From contig CAWCAX010000004.1 of the NCBI GenBank assembly GCA_963793635.1, positions 1,276,004 through 1,340,003 of the forward strand: DNA of 64,000 bases, in the 5' to 3' direction. This document shows, piece by piece, positions 1-11,251 of this stretch. A program made the position numbers and the translations under genes. Positions within the stretch are counted from its first letter, which is position 1. The number at the start of each line of letters is the position of its first letter. The stretch comes from an uncultured Planctomycetaceae bacterium (lineage in GTDB: Bacteria > Planctomycetota > Planctomycetia > Pirellulales > PALSA-1355). A model generated the notes under the pieces. The model was not told the origin of the DNA and did no database searches. It saw only the letters and a list, made by a program, of their open reading frames with translations.

Positions 1-335
1 GGGGGAACTCGGAACGGGGAAAACAGAGGACGGCCGGGCGATGTCGAGGGCTTGCTCGCATCACCGGCGGTCGCGGTGCACAAACCTGCGGGGCGCCGGT
101 CCTGGATTATCGATTCCCGCTGGTTCGGCTGGCAATCCGAAATGCCGGCCGAGATCCCTGGATGCCAGCATGACCGTTCAGCTTTCCGAGCTGATCCCAA
201 ACGTTCGCCCTTTTTCCGAAGCGACGACCGATCGGTCTCAAATCGGCCTTGACTCCGCGGCAATGGTCCTGCTAAAAGCCCCCCGCTAATCTTTTCTGGC
301 TCGTCTCCCATCTCTCTTCTCGCGTCACATCTCGC

Positions 336-2121
336 ATGACAACAAAAATGTATTGCCGCGCCATGCTCGCGGCTGCGCTGGTCTTTTGCGGCTCACTGCA
401 CAGTTCGCGCGTTCGAGCAGCCGACGAGGCGGCCGAGGCGGCGAACACTCCGCCGGCGCGACGCCAGTCGGCCGACCGAGAAGGTGGGCTGGCTCAAGCC
501 GAACGATTCACATCGCAACATCGATGCTCCGTTTGCGCTGGTGGACAGCTCGGGGCGAATTCGCTACTACGTGCGACCGGCCGAGGGCATCAGCCTCAAC
601 GAGTTCGTGCATCAGAAGGTACGCGTCCGGGGCGAAAACTTGTCTCCTCCCGGCACTTCGAACCAAATCTTGGAAGTGGCCGAGATCGGCACGCCCAATA
701 TGTCGGCCCGCCGTTCGGCCGCGCCGAATCGTCAAGCGACCGCCGAGCAGCAACCGGTTCAACAGGCCGCTTACGAACAGATTGCGCCGTGCGCCGCCGC
801 TGAGGAAATTCCGGCCGGCAGTGGCCGGGCCGAAGCCGACGCCATGGGGCCGATGTCGGTCCCCGGCGGCCCCGGCAATATGAGTCCAGGCCCACTCTGG
901 GGCGAAGACTACAACGGCTACAACGGCGCCGATTGGGGCCAGCCGGGCTACGGCTCGCCGGCCTGCGGCTGCGGGCAACGTTCGTGCAACACGTGCTGTG
1001 GCCGAGGTTGCTGCTTTCCGCCAGGCAGAATGTGGGTCCGCGCCGAATACCTGTTCTGGTGGACCGAAGGCATGCGCGTGCCGGCGCTGGTGACCACCGG
1101 ACCCAATGCGGCAAATCCCGGATATCTCGATACGCCGGGAACCACCATTCTCAATGGCAACGACCGGGTCGACGGCTACGGACGCTCTGGCGGCCGCATC
1201 ACGCTGGGCACTTGGCTCAATCCGTGCCAGACCGTGGGCATCGAAGGGGACTTTTTCCAACTCGCCAACGCCACTTCAAGCTATAACGCCAGCGGCAGCG
1301 GAAACGACATCTTGTCGCGGCCGTTTTTCGATACTCGACCCAGCCTGGCTAACCAGAACGTCGAGCAGGTCGCGTTTCCCAACAGCATCGAAGGCTCTGT
1401 GGCCGTGAACACCTATACGCAGTTCCTGGGCGCCGGCGCCCGTCTGCGGTTCAATCTCTGTTGCGGGCAAAGCTGCTATCCCAATCCGTGCAACCCCTGT
1501 TCCAGCATTCCCGGCGGATACCGGTTCGATTTTCTGCTGGGATACCGTTACTTGCGCCTCGGCGACGGGGTATCGGTCAACGAGAATCTGACCTCGCTGC
1601 AAACCAGCCTGCCCGGCACCTTCCTGGTCAACGATAGCTTCCGCACCTTGAATCAATTCAACGGCATCGATTTCGGAACGATGGCCACGATCTACCGCGG
1701 CCGCTGGTCGTTGGAATTGATCTATCGACTCGCGCTCGGCAACACCAACCAATTCGTGAGCATCAACGGCTCGACCGTCACAACGCAAAACGGCACGAGC
1801 ACGACCAGCCCGGGCGGACTCTTGGCCCTGCCATCGAACATCGGCAATTACGACCGCAACACCTTCGGCGTCGTTCCCGAGCTCGCCGCCAATATCGGTT
1901 ACGCATTGACGCCACGGCTGCGGATCATTGCCGGGTACACGTTTATCTATTGGAGCAGCGTGGCGCGGGCCGGCGAGCAGATCGACCTGAACGTCAACAG
2001 CACGATGCTACCCAATAGCCCGAACCCGCCCACCGGCGACCTGCGACATCCGCAGTTCGTTTTTGTCGACACGCCGTTTTGGGCTCAGGGCATCAGCGCC
2101 GGCATCGATTACCGCTGGTGA
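336..2121 (+). pseudogene. BBP7-like outer-membrane beta-barrel protein, disrupted as sequenced. The signal peptide is in one frame and the body in ORF 484..2121.
   Basis: ORF 336.. starts MTTKMYCRAMLAAALVFCGSLHSSRVRAADE, a signal peptide. The body ORF 484..2121 has no signal peptide but shows Cys/Gly-rich and barrel-like segments (WVRAEYLFWWTEGMRVPALVTTG ... GIDYRW C-terminus). The two frames can be joined by a 1-nt indel near 470-484. Confidence 0.6.
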
Positions 2122-2417
2122 GCGCCGGCTGAAGATTCAGGGCACCTCGAAATGTGCGCTGCGCTCGGCATTGTCAGCCCTTTGTCCGTGCTAGCAACTG
2201 CCCGCGTCACGTCTCTTGGCAGCACTCTTTCTGCCAGCGAGTCGGCTTCCGATTACGCCGACTTTTCCGGTCGCACCACAAAGGCTGGTAGTGACGAACC
2301 GGCCTGCCGATCATCAAACTAGCGTCCACTCCCTGCGCCGCCGTTTCGGACCGGGGCCACATCGCCGAGCAATCCATCCACGGTCGCCTGCCGGGCTGGT
2401 AGCCACCAACGCTGAAA

Positions 2418-5400
2418 GTGAAAGACATGTCTCGCAAATCATCGACTCGCGCCGGTTCCTCGATATTCGGCTCTGTAGCGGATTGGTTCTCCCAACCGAG
2501 GTCGCATTCGGCGGCGCCGCAACGTGGGAAAAGTCGGCGGCGGCTGGGTTACGAGTCGCTCGAAGGGCGCATCGTGCTCACGGCGATTCCGGGGGGCGTG
2601 ATCGAAGGAACCATTACCAACCAGCAGACCAGCGTAGGAATGGCGAACGTCACGGTCGACCTGACGCCCAGCGGCGGATCGACCATTTCGACCACCACCA
2701 ACGGCTCCGGTTTTTACAGCTTCAACGGTTTGGCCGCGGGAACCTACTCGGTCCAGGAGATCCCCCCCTCGGGATTCACCGGCCCGATCAACAACCCGGC
2801 GACGGTTGTCATCAGCACGGCCGCGGCGAATAACGGTGTGGTCGCTTCGAATATCGATTCGTTTTCAACTCCCGAAACGGTGACGGCCTCGTCCAACGGT
2901 CCCACATCGGCGGCAACGTCCGTTGCGGCGTCCGAGGCGCTGGGTGGAAACCGCGACCTGATCGCAAATCTCACTTCCGGACCCGGCAGCATCACCTTGA
3001 CCTCCAACGGATTCGGCACCGACGTATTGGAGTTCGACTCCAGTGCCACCGGGGCCGGCAGATCGCATCGTCACCTGGGACGGACCGAACAGTTCCACGC
3101 CTGCGGTGCTGAATCCCACGGGGCTCGATCACGACGACTTGACCGACGGCGGCACCGCCACCGGAATCTCGCTCACCCTGGGAGGCGATCATGCAGGCGG
3201 CTCGATTACGCTGAATGTTTACAAAGACGCCGGCGACTGGTCGACGGCCACCGCCACCATACCGCTCACGGGAGGCGCGGCCAGCTCGACGGTCTTCATT
3301 CCATTCTCCTCGTTCACCACCGGGGCCGGCACGGGGGCCGGTGATTTCACCGACGTCGGCGCCGTCCAAATGTCGATCAACGGCGGCGTGGATGCCGCCA
3401 ACGGACAGATCTCACTGGTCCAGCAGGTGGGCCCCACCGTCTTTGCCACGAATTTCGCCAATACGGCCCAGGCCGACTTGCAGATCACCAAGGTCGACAA
3501 CGTCGGCGGTTCGAGCATCACCGCCGCCCACGGCAACGTGTCGCCGGGAAATTCGTTGATCTATACGATCGTCGTCACCAATGCGGGCCCGGGCGCCGTG
3601 ACCGGCGCCAGCGTGGCCGACCCCTTCCCCGCGGCTCTGACCGCCGTCACTTACACCGCCGTGACGAGCGGCGGGGCCAGCGGTTTCACGATCAACGGCT
3701 CCGGCAACATCAACGACACCGCGGTCAATATGCCCGTCGGCAGCACGATCACCTATACCGTGCATGCCACGGTCAACCCGGCGGCGACGGGCACCTTGAC
3801 AAACGTGGCCACCGTGACCGATCCGGCCGGCACGACCGACCCGACCCCCGCCAACAACACGGCCACCGACATCGACAACCTGACTCCGACCGCGGATCTG
3901 TCGATCACCAAAGTCGACAACGTGGGCGGATCGAGCATCACGGCCGCACACGGCACGATCGTGTCCGGCAACTCGCTCACCTACACGATCGTGGTCAGCA
4001 ACTCCGGACCCAGCGCCGTGACCGACGCCAGCGTGGCCGACCCGTTCCCGGCGGCGCTCACGGCCGTCACCTATACGGCCGTTCCAACAGGCGGAGCCAG
4101 CGGCTTTACGGCCAGCGGCTCGGGAAACATCAATGACACCGCGGTCGACATGCCCGTCGGTAGCACGATCACTTACACCGTCCATGCCACCCTCAACCCA
4201 GCGGCCACAGGCACGTTGACCAACACGACGACGGTCACCGATCCGGAGGGCACGACCGACCCGACCCCCGCCAACAACACGGCCACCGACATCGACAACA
4301 TCACGCCGGTGGCCGACCTGTCGATCACCAAGGTCGACAATGTGGGCGGATCGAGCATCACGGCCGCTCACGGCACGGTCACGCCTGGCGGCTCGCTTAT
4401 CTATACGATCGTCGTCAGTAACTCCGGCCCCAGTTCCGTAACCGGCGCAACCGTGACCGACACCTTGCCCGCCAATCTCACCAGCGTCACCTACACGGCC
4501 GTTTCAACGGGCGGAGCCAGCGGATTCACGGCCAGCGGCTCGGGAAACATCCACGACGCCGCCGTCGCCATGCCCGTCGGCAGCACGATTACCTACACGG
4601 TCCACGCCACGGTCAATCCGGCGGCGACAGGCACCTTGACCAACACGTCCACGGTGACTGACCCGGAGGGCACGACCGACCCGAGCCCCGCCAACAATAC
4701 CGCCACCGACATCGACAACATCACGGCGACCGCCGACCTGTCGATCACCAAAGTCGACAACGTGGGCGGCTCGAGTGTCACGGGTGCCCAGGGGTCTGTG
4801 GTGCCCGGCAACACGCTCGTCTATACGATCGTGGTCACCAACTCCGGCCCCAGCGCGGTGACCGGCGCAAGCGTGGCCGATACCATGCCCACTGCACTGA
4901 CCGGCGTCACCTACACGGCCACGGCGACGGGCGGAGCCAGCGGATTCACGGCCAACGGCTCGGGCAACATCAATGACACTGCGGTGTCAATGCCGGTCGG
5001 CAGCACGATCACCTACACCGTCCAGGCCACGGTCAATCCGGCCACGACAGGCGCATTGACCAACACGGCGACCGTGGCCGACCCGGCCGGCACGACCGAC
5101 CCGTCCCCGGCCAACAACACGGCCGTCGATATCGACAGCGTGGCGCCCGCGGCCGACCTGTCGATCACCAAAGTCGACAACGTGGGCGGCTCGAGCATTA
5201 CCCCCAGCACGGGCACGGCCTTCCGCGGCAGCACGATCACTTACACGATCGTGGTCACCAATGCCGGCCCCAGCGCCGCGACGGGCGCCACGGTGGCCGA
5301 CACGCCGCCGGTCGGCCTGACGAATGTCACTTTCACGGCCGCCGCCACGGGTGGGGCCACCGGCTTTACCGCCAGCGGCACGGGCGACATCGACGACACG

Positions 5401-5601
5401 GCGGTCAATCTGCCGGCTGGCAGCAAAATAACCTACACGGTGCATGCGTCGGTGCTCTCGACCGCGACGGGCACGTTGACCAATACGGCCACCGTGACGC
5501 CGCCGGGCAACTCGCCCGACCCGACCCCCGCCAACAACACGGCCAGCGACCCCGACACCGTCGCCACTCGGCTCTCGAAGGCCTTCTTCCTAGGCAGATA
5601 G
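2418..5601 (+). pseudogene. Giant surface protein with an N-terminal LExLExR motif, a Cna-B/SdrD-like domain and six DUF11-type repeats. Frameshift near 3050 as sequenced (ORFs 2418..3344 and 3043..5601).
   Basis: N-terminus RRLGYESLEGRIVLTA, then GFYSFNGLAAGTYSVQE. Sensible sequence continues from ...EFDSSATGAG in frame 0 into DRIVTWDGPNSSTPAVLNPTG in frame 1, at a GGGG/CCGG run. Repeats read ADLSITKVDNVGGSS...YTIVV.N.GPS.V.GA.V.D..P..LT.V. Confidence 0.7.
3472..5571 (+). repeat. Six tandem in-frame 420-bp (140-aa) coding repeats within the adhesin.
   Basis: Repeat units begin GC(C/G)GA(C/T)(T/C)TG at 3472, 3892, 4312, 4732 and 5152, an exact 420-nt spacing. The sixth unit ends near 5571. 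Confidence 0.9.
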
Positions 5602-5829
5602 CGTCTTGGGTGGCATTGACAGGTCGGTTTGGACCAAGCCGCGAGCCGGGTCAGGCGCAGCGGACTTTAGCGGCTCGACCCGCGGCCGGTCGGCCGAACC
5701 AGGCTCGCCAAAGGGCCTGGCCGGCTTCCTGCAGTGGCAAGTCGTCGTTGGCCTGGAGCGAAAAAACAGGGCCGCGTCTAACTTGACAGTCAGACGCAGC
5801 CCCGACCCCCGCTTGTCGAGTCGACCGGC

Positions 5830-6714
5830 CTAGACCGATCGATTCGCGGTCGACAAGCGAGATTCCATTATTGGCCATCTCGCGCGGGCGCCGTAGTCGT
5901 GGATCCCCTGATTCTGATCCTCCGGCTGCGACTGGTAGTACCAACTATTGTCGCCGTTGCCCTGGGAGCCAACATTGCCCCGATAGGCCGACGTTTGTTG
6001 CGCCGAGCGATTGGCGCGCAGATCGTCGACCTCTTGTTCCAGCCGAAGAACCTGCTGCTGGAGTGCTCGCAGTTGACGGGCCATGCGATCGCGCTGTTGA
6101 GCGACCATTTGGTCTTCGTCGTAGGAGGCCGAGCGGCCACGGTTGTTGGTCCAGGTTGGGCGACTGGTGCGGCTCATGTTCTCGGTCGTGTCGTTGTCAG
6201 AGCGATTGCGTTCGGCCGCGTTATTGCGGCTGCGCAGCATGTCAAGGCTGACTAGCTTTGCCCGCAAGGTTTGCCGATCGCCATTGCGGCGGATGCCCAA
6301 CGAAACCTGGTCACCGGGCTGCTTTTCGCCGATCTCGTCGGCTAATTGTTGTGCCGTGCGGACGCGTTCGCCGTCAGCACTGGTGATTTCGTCGCCGTTG
6401 CGAATGCCGGCCAGCGCCGCCGGACTGCCGGGTAGCACGGCTATCACGTGCAGTCGCCCGTCGTCGTCTTGCAGCGAAACACCGAGCGCGGCATGGTGTT
6501 TGGCGTCCGCGGGCTTGTCGTTTTGATCAGTGGCTTCGTCTTTCGCCGATTTCTGGTTGTCCTGCGTTCGGCCGCTCGAATCGTCGCTGCTGGCGGAGTT
6601 CGACTTCGACGAGTCATCGCTGCGGTCTTTGGCCAGCGACGGCGCTCCGCAGGCCAGGATCGATACGGCACTCAGTGCCAGCGCACTCCAAAAATACGTT
6701 CGACTCATGTCCAT
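5830..6714 (-). CDS. Secreted PDZ-domain protein with a C-terminal coiled-coil/low-complexity tail.
   Basis: Signal peptide MDMSRTYFWSALALSAVSILACGAPSLA. PDZ-like core LGVSLQDDDGRLHVIAVLPGSPAALAGIRNGDEITSADGERV. Start is ATG 6714 or 6708. The ORF-track start at 6795 looks too long. Confidence 0.6.
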   Translation of the reverse strand: MDMSRTYFWSALALSAVSILACGAPSLAKDRSDDSSKSNSASSDDSSGRTQDNQKSAKDEATDQNDKPADAKHHAALGVSLQDDDGRLHVIAVLPGSPAALAGIRNGDEITSADGERVRTAQQLADEIGEKQPGDQVSLGIRRNGDRQTLRAKLVSLDMLRSRNNAAERNRSDNDTTENMSRTSRPTWTNNRGRSASYDEDQMVAQQRDRMARQLRALQQQVLRLEQEVDDLRANRSAQQTSAYRGNVGSQGNGDNSWYYQSQPEDQNQGIHDYGARARWPIMESRLSTANRSV

Positions 6715-6945
6715 TTCCTTTCCTAGCTTTCCCTGGGAGACAAAAAAAGCCCTGGCCGCCAGGCACATGCATGCGACAAAGGCTTTCACAACCACATCCG
6801 GCCCGTATCCGACAGGCTGTGTAAGTTATATTCGGCAGCGGAACTTTGTCAAAAAATTGCGCAGCGCTGCAATCGGTTACAAAGCAAAACAATTCATTAT
6901 GGTTTATGCGTTCGTGCCACGGGGCTGGCGTCGGCGGCAAAATCG

Positions 6946-8607
6946 TCAATGCACGGCCGCCGTTTGCACGCTCTCGAACAGACCCGGATTGTCCCGGTAA
7001 TCGACCGGCACATCAACGATCACCGGCCCCGGGGTCTCGAATGCTTTGCGGAGCGTGGGCACGATTTCGGCGGGAGCGTTGATCCGCATGCCGGCGGCCC
7101 CGAAGGCCTCGGCATACTTGACGACGTCCACCGGGCCCAACGCCACGTCGGCGTACCGGCCGTATTTGGGCTGCTGCTGAATCTTGACCATGTCGTAAAA
7201 ACCATCGGTCCAAACCAAATGCACGAAATCGCACTTCAGCCGGACAGCCGTCTCCAGTTCTTGGGCGGAGAACAGAAAACCCCCGTCGCCGGACATCGAG
7301 AGCACCTGCGTCCGCGGCCGCACCAGGCAGGCGGCAATCGCCCACGGCAGGGCGACGCCCAGTGTCTGCTGCCCGTTGCTGGTCAGAAAGTGCCTCGGCT
7401 GGAACGAGAAGAAATAGCGGCTCATCCACATGTAGATCGAGCCGACGTCGCATAGCACGGTCGCATGGTCGTCCAACAGATTTTGCAACTCGTAAATCAA
7501 TCGGAGCGGATGGACCGGCGAGCCGCTACGACTTGATCCCTGCTGTTTCAATTCGGCCAGCGCCCGAGAGGCCGCGCCCAGTTCGGCAATGTCTGCCAGA
7601 ACAGCGGCCGGCGCCAGTTGTCCGGCCAATGTGCTCAAGGTTAGCGCCGCATCGCCGATCAGTTCGATCGAGGGCCAATAGTCGGAATCCATCTCGGCCG
7701 GCGTGCTGTCGATGTGGACGATCGGCCGCCGCTTGCCTTGATTCCACATCACGGGGTCGTACTCGATCGGGTCGAAACCGACTGTGAGAATGACGTCGGC
7801 CGCGTCAAGCAGTTGATCGCCCGGCTGATTATGCGAAAGTCCAACGCGCCCGGCGAAGCAGGGGAGTAGTTCTCGCGAGACCACGCCCGCCCCTTGATAG
7901 GTGCAAACTACCGGCAGCGGCGTTTGCTGAAGCAGTTTGCGCACCGCCTCGGCGACTCGCGGTGTGCTGGCCAGCATGCCCAGCATCAACACCGGTCGCC
8001 GCGCCCGATTGACCAACACGGCGGCCGCGGCGATGGCGGCACCGTCGGCCGGTCCGAGGCGCGGCTGCGGCGCGCGCCGCGGCGGCTGGACCAGGGCCGG
8101 CGCTTCCATGATGTCCTTGGGCAGCGCGACGAAAGCGGCGCCGGGACGTCCGCACTCGGCGGCGCGAAAGGCCGACGCGATGGCCTCGGGAATGGCATGC
8201 CCCGTGGTGATTTCGGCCGCGTACTTGGTCACCGGCCGAAACAGGCTGACCGTGTCCAGCGATTGATGAGCCAACTTGAGCCGGTCGCCCAGCGGTACGG
8301 CCCCACCCAGCGCGACTACCGGATCCCCCTCATAGTCGGCGGTCGCCAGGCCGGTGGTCAGATTGGTGCAGCCCGGCCCCGACGTGACCAGGCACACGCC
8401 AGCCTGACCCGTCATTCGGCCGATGCCTTGGGCAATGAAGGCCGCATTCTGCTCGTGGCGGCAGACGATGGTCTTGATCTTCGAATCGACCAGGCAGTCC
8501 AGGACCTTATCGACCTTGGCGCCCGGGATGCAGAAAATGTATTGCACGCCCTGGGCTTCCAGGCTCCGGACCAAAAGCTCGGCTCCGCTGGGTGTCGCTT
8601 CGCCCAT
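6946..8607 (-). CDS. alsS: Catabolic acetolactate synthase (ThDP enzyme).
   Basis: MGEATPSGAELLVRSLEAQGVQYIFCIPGAKVDKVLD...RHEQNAAFIAQGIGRMTGQAGVCLVTSGPGCTNLTTGLATA matches the AlsS/BudB N-terminal signature. ATG at 8607 is preceded by GGAGAA. The upstream 152 codons of the ORF are Arg/Pro-rich junk. Confidence 0.85.
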   Translation of the reverse strand: MGEATPSGAELLVRSLEAQGVQYIFCIPGAKVDKVLDCLVDSKIKTIVCRHEQNAAFIAQGIGRMTGQAGVCLVTSGPGCTNLTTGLATADYEGDPVVALGGAVPLGDRLKLAHQSLDTVSLFRPVTKYAAEITTGHAIPEAIASAFRAAECGRPGAAFVALPKDIMEAPALVQPPRRAPQPRLGPADGAAIAAAAVLVNRARRPVLMLGMLASTPRVAEAVRKLLQQTPLPVVCTYQGAGVVSRELLPCFAGRVGLSHNQPGDQLLDAADVILTVGFDPIEYDPVMWNQGKRRPIVHIDSTPAEMDSDYWPSIELIGDAALTLSTLAGQLAPAAVLADIAELGAASRALAELKQQGSSRSGSPVHPLRLIYELQNLLDDHATVLCDVGSIYMWMSRYFFSFQPRHFLTSNGQQTLGVALPWAIAACLVRPRTQVLSMSGDGGFLFSAQELETAVRLKCDFVHLVWTDGFYDMVKIQQQPKYGRYADVALGPVDVVKYAEAFGAAGMRINAPAEIVPTLRKAFETPGPVIVDVPVDYRDNPGLFESVQTAAVH

Positions 8608-8618
8608 TACCGGTTCTC

Positions 8619-9482
8619 CTAGTGTGTTTGCTTCTCGGCCCGTTCGATATCTTCGGCCGGGTTGCGCGTGAGATCGGCCTGCAGGAACGAAGCCGACTCC
8701 GGCAAACTGACACGAAAATCCGCCACGCGGCTGAGCCGGGCACGCAGTCCGCGTCCGGCGCAACCGAGCAGATGGCCGCCCGATTGCCGGTCGTCGGCCA
8801 AGAAGTGCAAATGATAGCCGGCCACCAGGACCGATTTCAAAAAACCTGGCGACCAGAATCCGACGAGCGTGCCCCGAACATTGCGCAGGTGAAACTCGGT
8901 CTGTTGCCCGGCCGCCGCGACCAGGGGCACACCTTCGGGCGTCGCCCGGACCGAGCGCGTGACGATCGAATCGAACTGGCCGTCGATGCGGATCGCGTAG
9001 AAAACATTTTGCGAATCGCGAAGCGGATCGAGCTGAGCGCAGAGCGCGGCCAGGTCCGCACAATCGGAAAGCTGGTTGGCGGCAGCGGCGGCCGGAAAAT
9101 GCGTGATCATCGCATACGGACTGCGAGTGCCGTCATCCGCTTCGCGCACGGTGCCGTCGCCGCGAACCTGATAGAATTGGCCGTCCACAACCACCATCTC
9201 GCCGTCGAGCCCGGCGAACGTTCCCAGGCCAAAGTCACCGTGTTCGCGCAGGGCACCGACGGTGACCTCACCCCGGTAGAGCCCCTCAACCAGTGCGCCG
9301 ACGGTCGACACCTGGAACAACGTGCCGTGATCGACCTGCAGATAGTCGGCCAGCGCCGTGCGGACCAGGTGATCGACCGATTCGCCGGTCGTCCTGCAGT
9401 GCTCGCGAATCGCGCTGCACAGCGCGGCCGAGATTCGGCAGGATAGCGCCATCGAAGCAGCGGTCGGTGGCTCAGACGACAT
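8619..9482 (-). CDS. alsD: Alpha-acetolactate decarboxylase.
   Basis: LFQVSTVGALVEGLYRGEVTVGALREHGDFGLGTFAGLDGEMVVVDGQFYQV ... VAGYHLHFLADDRQSGGHLL ... SFLQADL matches the BudA/AlsD family pattern. It ends 12 nt before the alsS start. Alternative start is ATG 9452. Confidence 0.85.
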   Translation of the reverse strand: MSSEPPTAASMALSCRISAALCSAIREHCRTTGESVDHLVRTALADYLQVDHGTLFQVSTVGALVEGLYRGEVTVGALREHGDFGLGTFAGLDGEMVVVDGQFYQVRGDGTVREADDGTRSPYAMITHFPAAAAANQLSDCADLAALCAQLDPLRDSQNVFYAIRIDGQFDSIVTRSVRATPEGVPLVAAAGQQTEFHLRNVRGTLVGFWSPGFLKSVLVAGYHLHFLADDRQSGGHLLGCAGRGLRARLSRVADFRVSLPESASFLQADLTRNPAEDIERAEKQTH

Positions 9483-11118
9483 TTGGATACTCAGGTCGAT
9501 AGACCTGGCCGCGGATGAACTGGCCGATGTCGGCCGGGCGTGGCACGCCGGCCAGATTGCGATCGAAAACGAGCGTGGCGACTTTCCCGGCCACGTGCAG
9601 CGAGGCGTTGAGAATGTCGGACTGTGGCGGATAGATCAGCCCCATGTCCAGGCTGGACTGCGTGACTTGTTCGGCCACGCCCAGGGCGGCGCAGTAAAAC
9701 ATCTCGTCGGTGACGCGTTCGGCCCCGGTGGCATAGATCGCCATTCCCATGGCCGGAAAAATGTAGACGTTGTTCCCCTGGCCCGGCACGAAGGTCCGGC
9801 CGCCGAAATGCACCGGCCCGAACGGACTACCGCTGGCAAAAATCGCCCGGCCTTGCGACCACTTGTAGGCCTCTTCCGCGGTGCATTCCGAGCGCGACGT
9901 CGGGTTGGAATACGGAAAAATAATCGGCCGAGCGTTGATCCGCGCCATCGCCTCGATGACCGGCTGGTTGAATAGCTTGGGCACGGTGCTGACACCGATG
10001 ATCGCGGTCGGCTTGATCGACTCGACCGCCGCGAGAAAGTCTTTGAGCGGCGCGTGCCGATGGGCGTAGGGCTTTTGAAAATCGGCCAGGTCGGTCCGCG
10101 TGGTTTCCAACAACCCATTGACGTCCGTCAGCCAACAGCGCTTCCGCGCGTCTTCGATCGACAATCCGTCCTTGGTCATGGCCAGGCAGAGCAGGTCGGC
10201 GATGCCGGTGCCCGCCGAGCCGGCGCCCAGGAACAAGAAGGTCTGGTCCTTCATTTTGCTCTTGAGAATTCGCAGAGCGCCGAAAATTCCCGCCACCGCC
10301 ACGGCGGCGGTGCCCTGGATATCGTCGTTATAGCAACAGACGTGATCTCGGTAGCGGGCCAACAGCGGCACGGCGTGGAAGTTGGCAAAATCCTCGAACT
10401 GGATGCAGCATTGCGGAAAGACTTCCTGCATAGCCATGACGAACTCTTCCAGGAACGAATCGTACTCATCCCCCCGCACGCGCGGCTGCCGGAGCCCCAG
10501 GTAAAGCGGATCGGCCAGCAGACTCTCGTTGTTGGTCCCCACGTCGAGCGTGATCGGCAACGTCACCCGCGGGGGCACGCCGGCGCAGGCGGTGTATAAA
10601 GCCAACTTGCCGACTGGAATGCCCATCCCGTTGACGCCCAGATCGCCCAGGCCCAGAATCCGCTCGCCGTCGGTGACGACCGTGAAGCGGACCCCTTTCT
10701 CCGGCCAGTTGCGCAAGATTTCTTTGAGGCGGCCGCGACGCTTAACCGACAGATAAAGCCCGCGCGGTCGGCGGAGGATGTGTCCGAACTTCTGGCAAGC
10801 CTCGCCGACGGTGGGCGTGTAGACCAGCGGCATGAAATGCGCCGGGTCCGACATCAGGGTCTTGTAATACAGCGTTTCGTCGTTGTCTTGCAACGACGAA
10901 AGATAGATATACCGCTCCAGGTCGGTCGTCTTGTTGCTCAACTGCAATAAGACCCGGCGAAGCTGGTTTTCCTCAGTATCAACCCCTTCGGGCACCAGAC
11001 CAATCAGGCCCAGCGATTCGCGTTCGGTCTCGGTGAATGCGGTCGACTTGTTCCAGCGCGGGTCGTGCAGCAATTGCATGCCGCGAGGCGGGTCGGAACA
11101 GAGATCGTCACTGGCCAT
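9472..11118 (-). CDS. NAD(P)-dependent malic enzyme (large, SfcA/MaeA type).
   Basis: LLHDPRWNKSTAFTETERESLGLIGLVP, YTPTVGEAC, NDDIQGTAAVAVAGIFGALR, FLFLGAGSAGTGIADLL. The probable start is ATG 11118 (MASDD...). Confidence 0.85.
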   Translation of the reverse strand: MASDDLCSDPPRGMQLLHDPRWNKSTAFTETERESLGLIGLVPEGVDTEENQLRRVLLQLSNKTTDLERYIYLSSLQDNDETLYYKTLMSDPAHFMPLVYTPTVGEACQKFGHILRRPRGLYLSVKRRGRLKEILRNWPEKGVRFTVVTDGERILGLGDLGVNGMGIPVGKLALYTACAGVPPRVTLPITLDVGTNNESLLADPLYLGLRQPRVRGDEYDSFLEEFVMAMQEVFPQCCIQFEDFANFHAVPLLARYRDHVCCYNDDIQGTAAVAVAGIFGALRILKSKMKDQTFLFLGAGSAGTGIADLLCLAMTKDGLSIEDARKRCWLTDVNGLLETTRTDLADFQKPYAHRHAPLKDFLAAVESIKPTAIIGVSTVPKLFNQPVIEAMARINARPIIFPYSNPTSRSECTAEEAYKWSQGRAIFASGSPFGPVHFGGRTFVPGQGNNVYIFPAMGMAIYATGAERVTDEMFYCAALGVAEQVTQSSLDMGLIYPPQSDILNASLHVAGKVATLVFDRNLAGVPRPADIGQFIRGQVYRPEYPNVV

Positions 11119-11251
11119 GATCGGAAGATCCTTTTTTCGATCTGCTGCTTGAGACGCCGACACAGCGTACCATAGCAGGCGGGACGCGGATTGCACACTC
11201 CCTGCACATCGAGCGGCATTAAGCTACTTCGCGGCGCGGACCGAATTTTGG

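Noticed and set aside
41-289. ORFs 41..289 and 52..252 at the left edge of the window.
   Set aside because: They overlap each other and are Arg/Pro-rich, with no SD and no family resemblance. The region is more likely the intergenic promoter region upstream of the BBP7-like gene.
3472-5571. Regular tandem repeats here, and at 28342-29196 and 30203-31588, considered as a possible CRISPR array or non-coding satellite.
   Set aside because: The units are 285-693 bp and contiguous, with no spacers. They are in frame and encode Ig/FN3-like protein domains.
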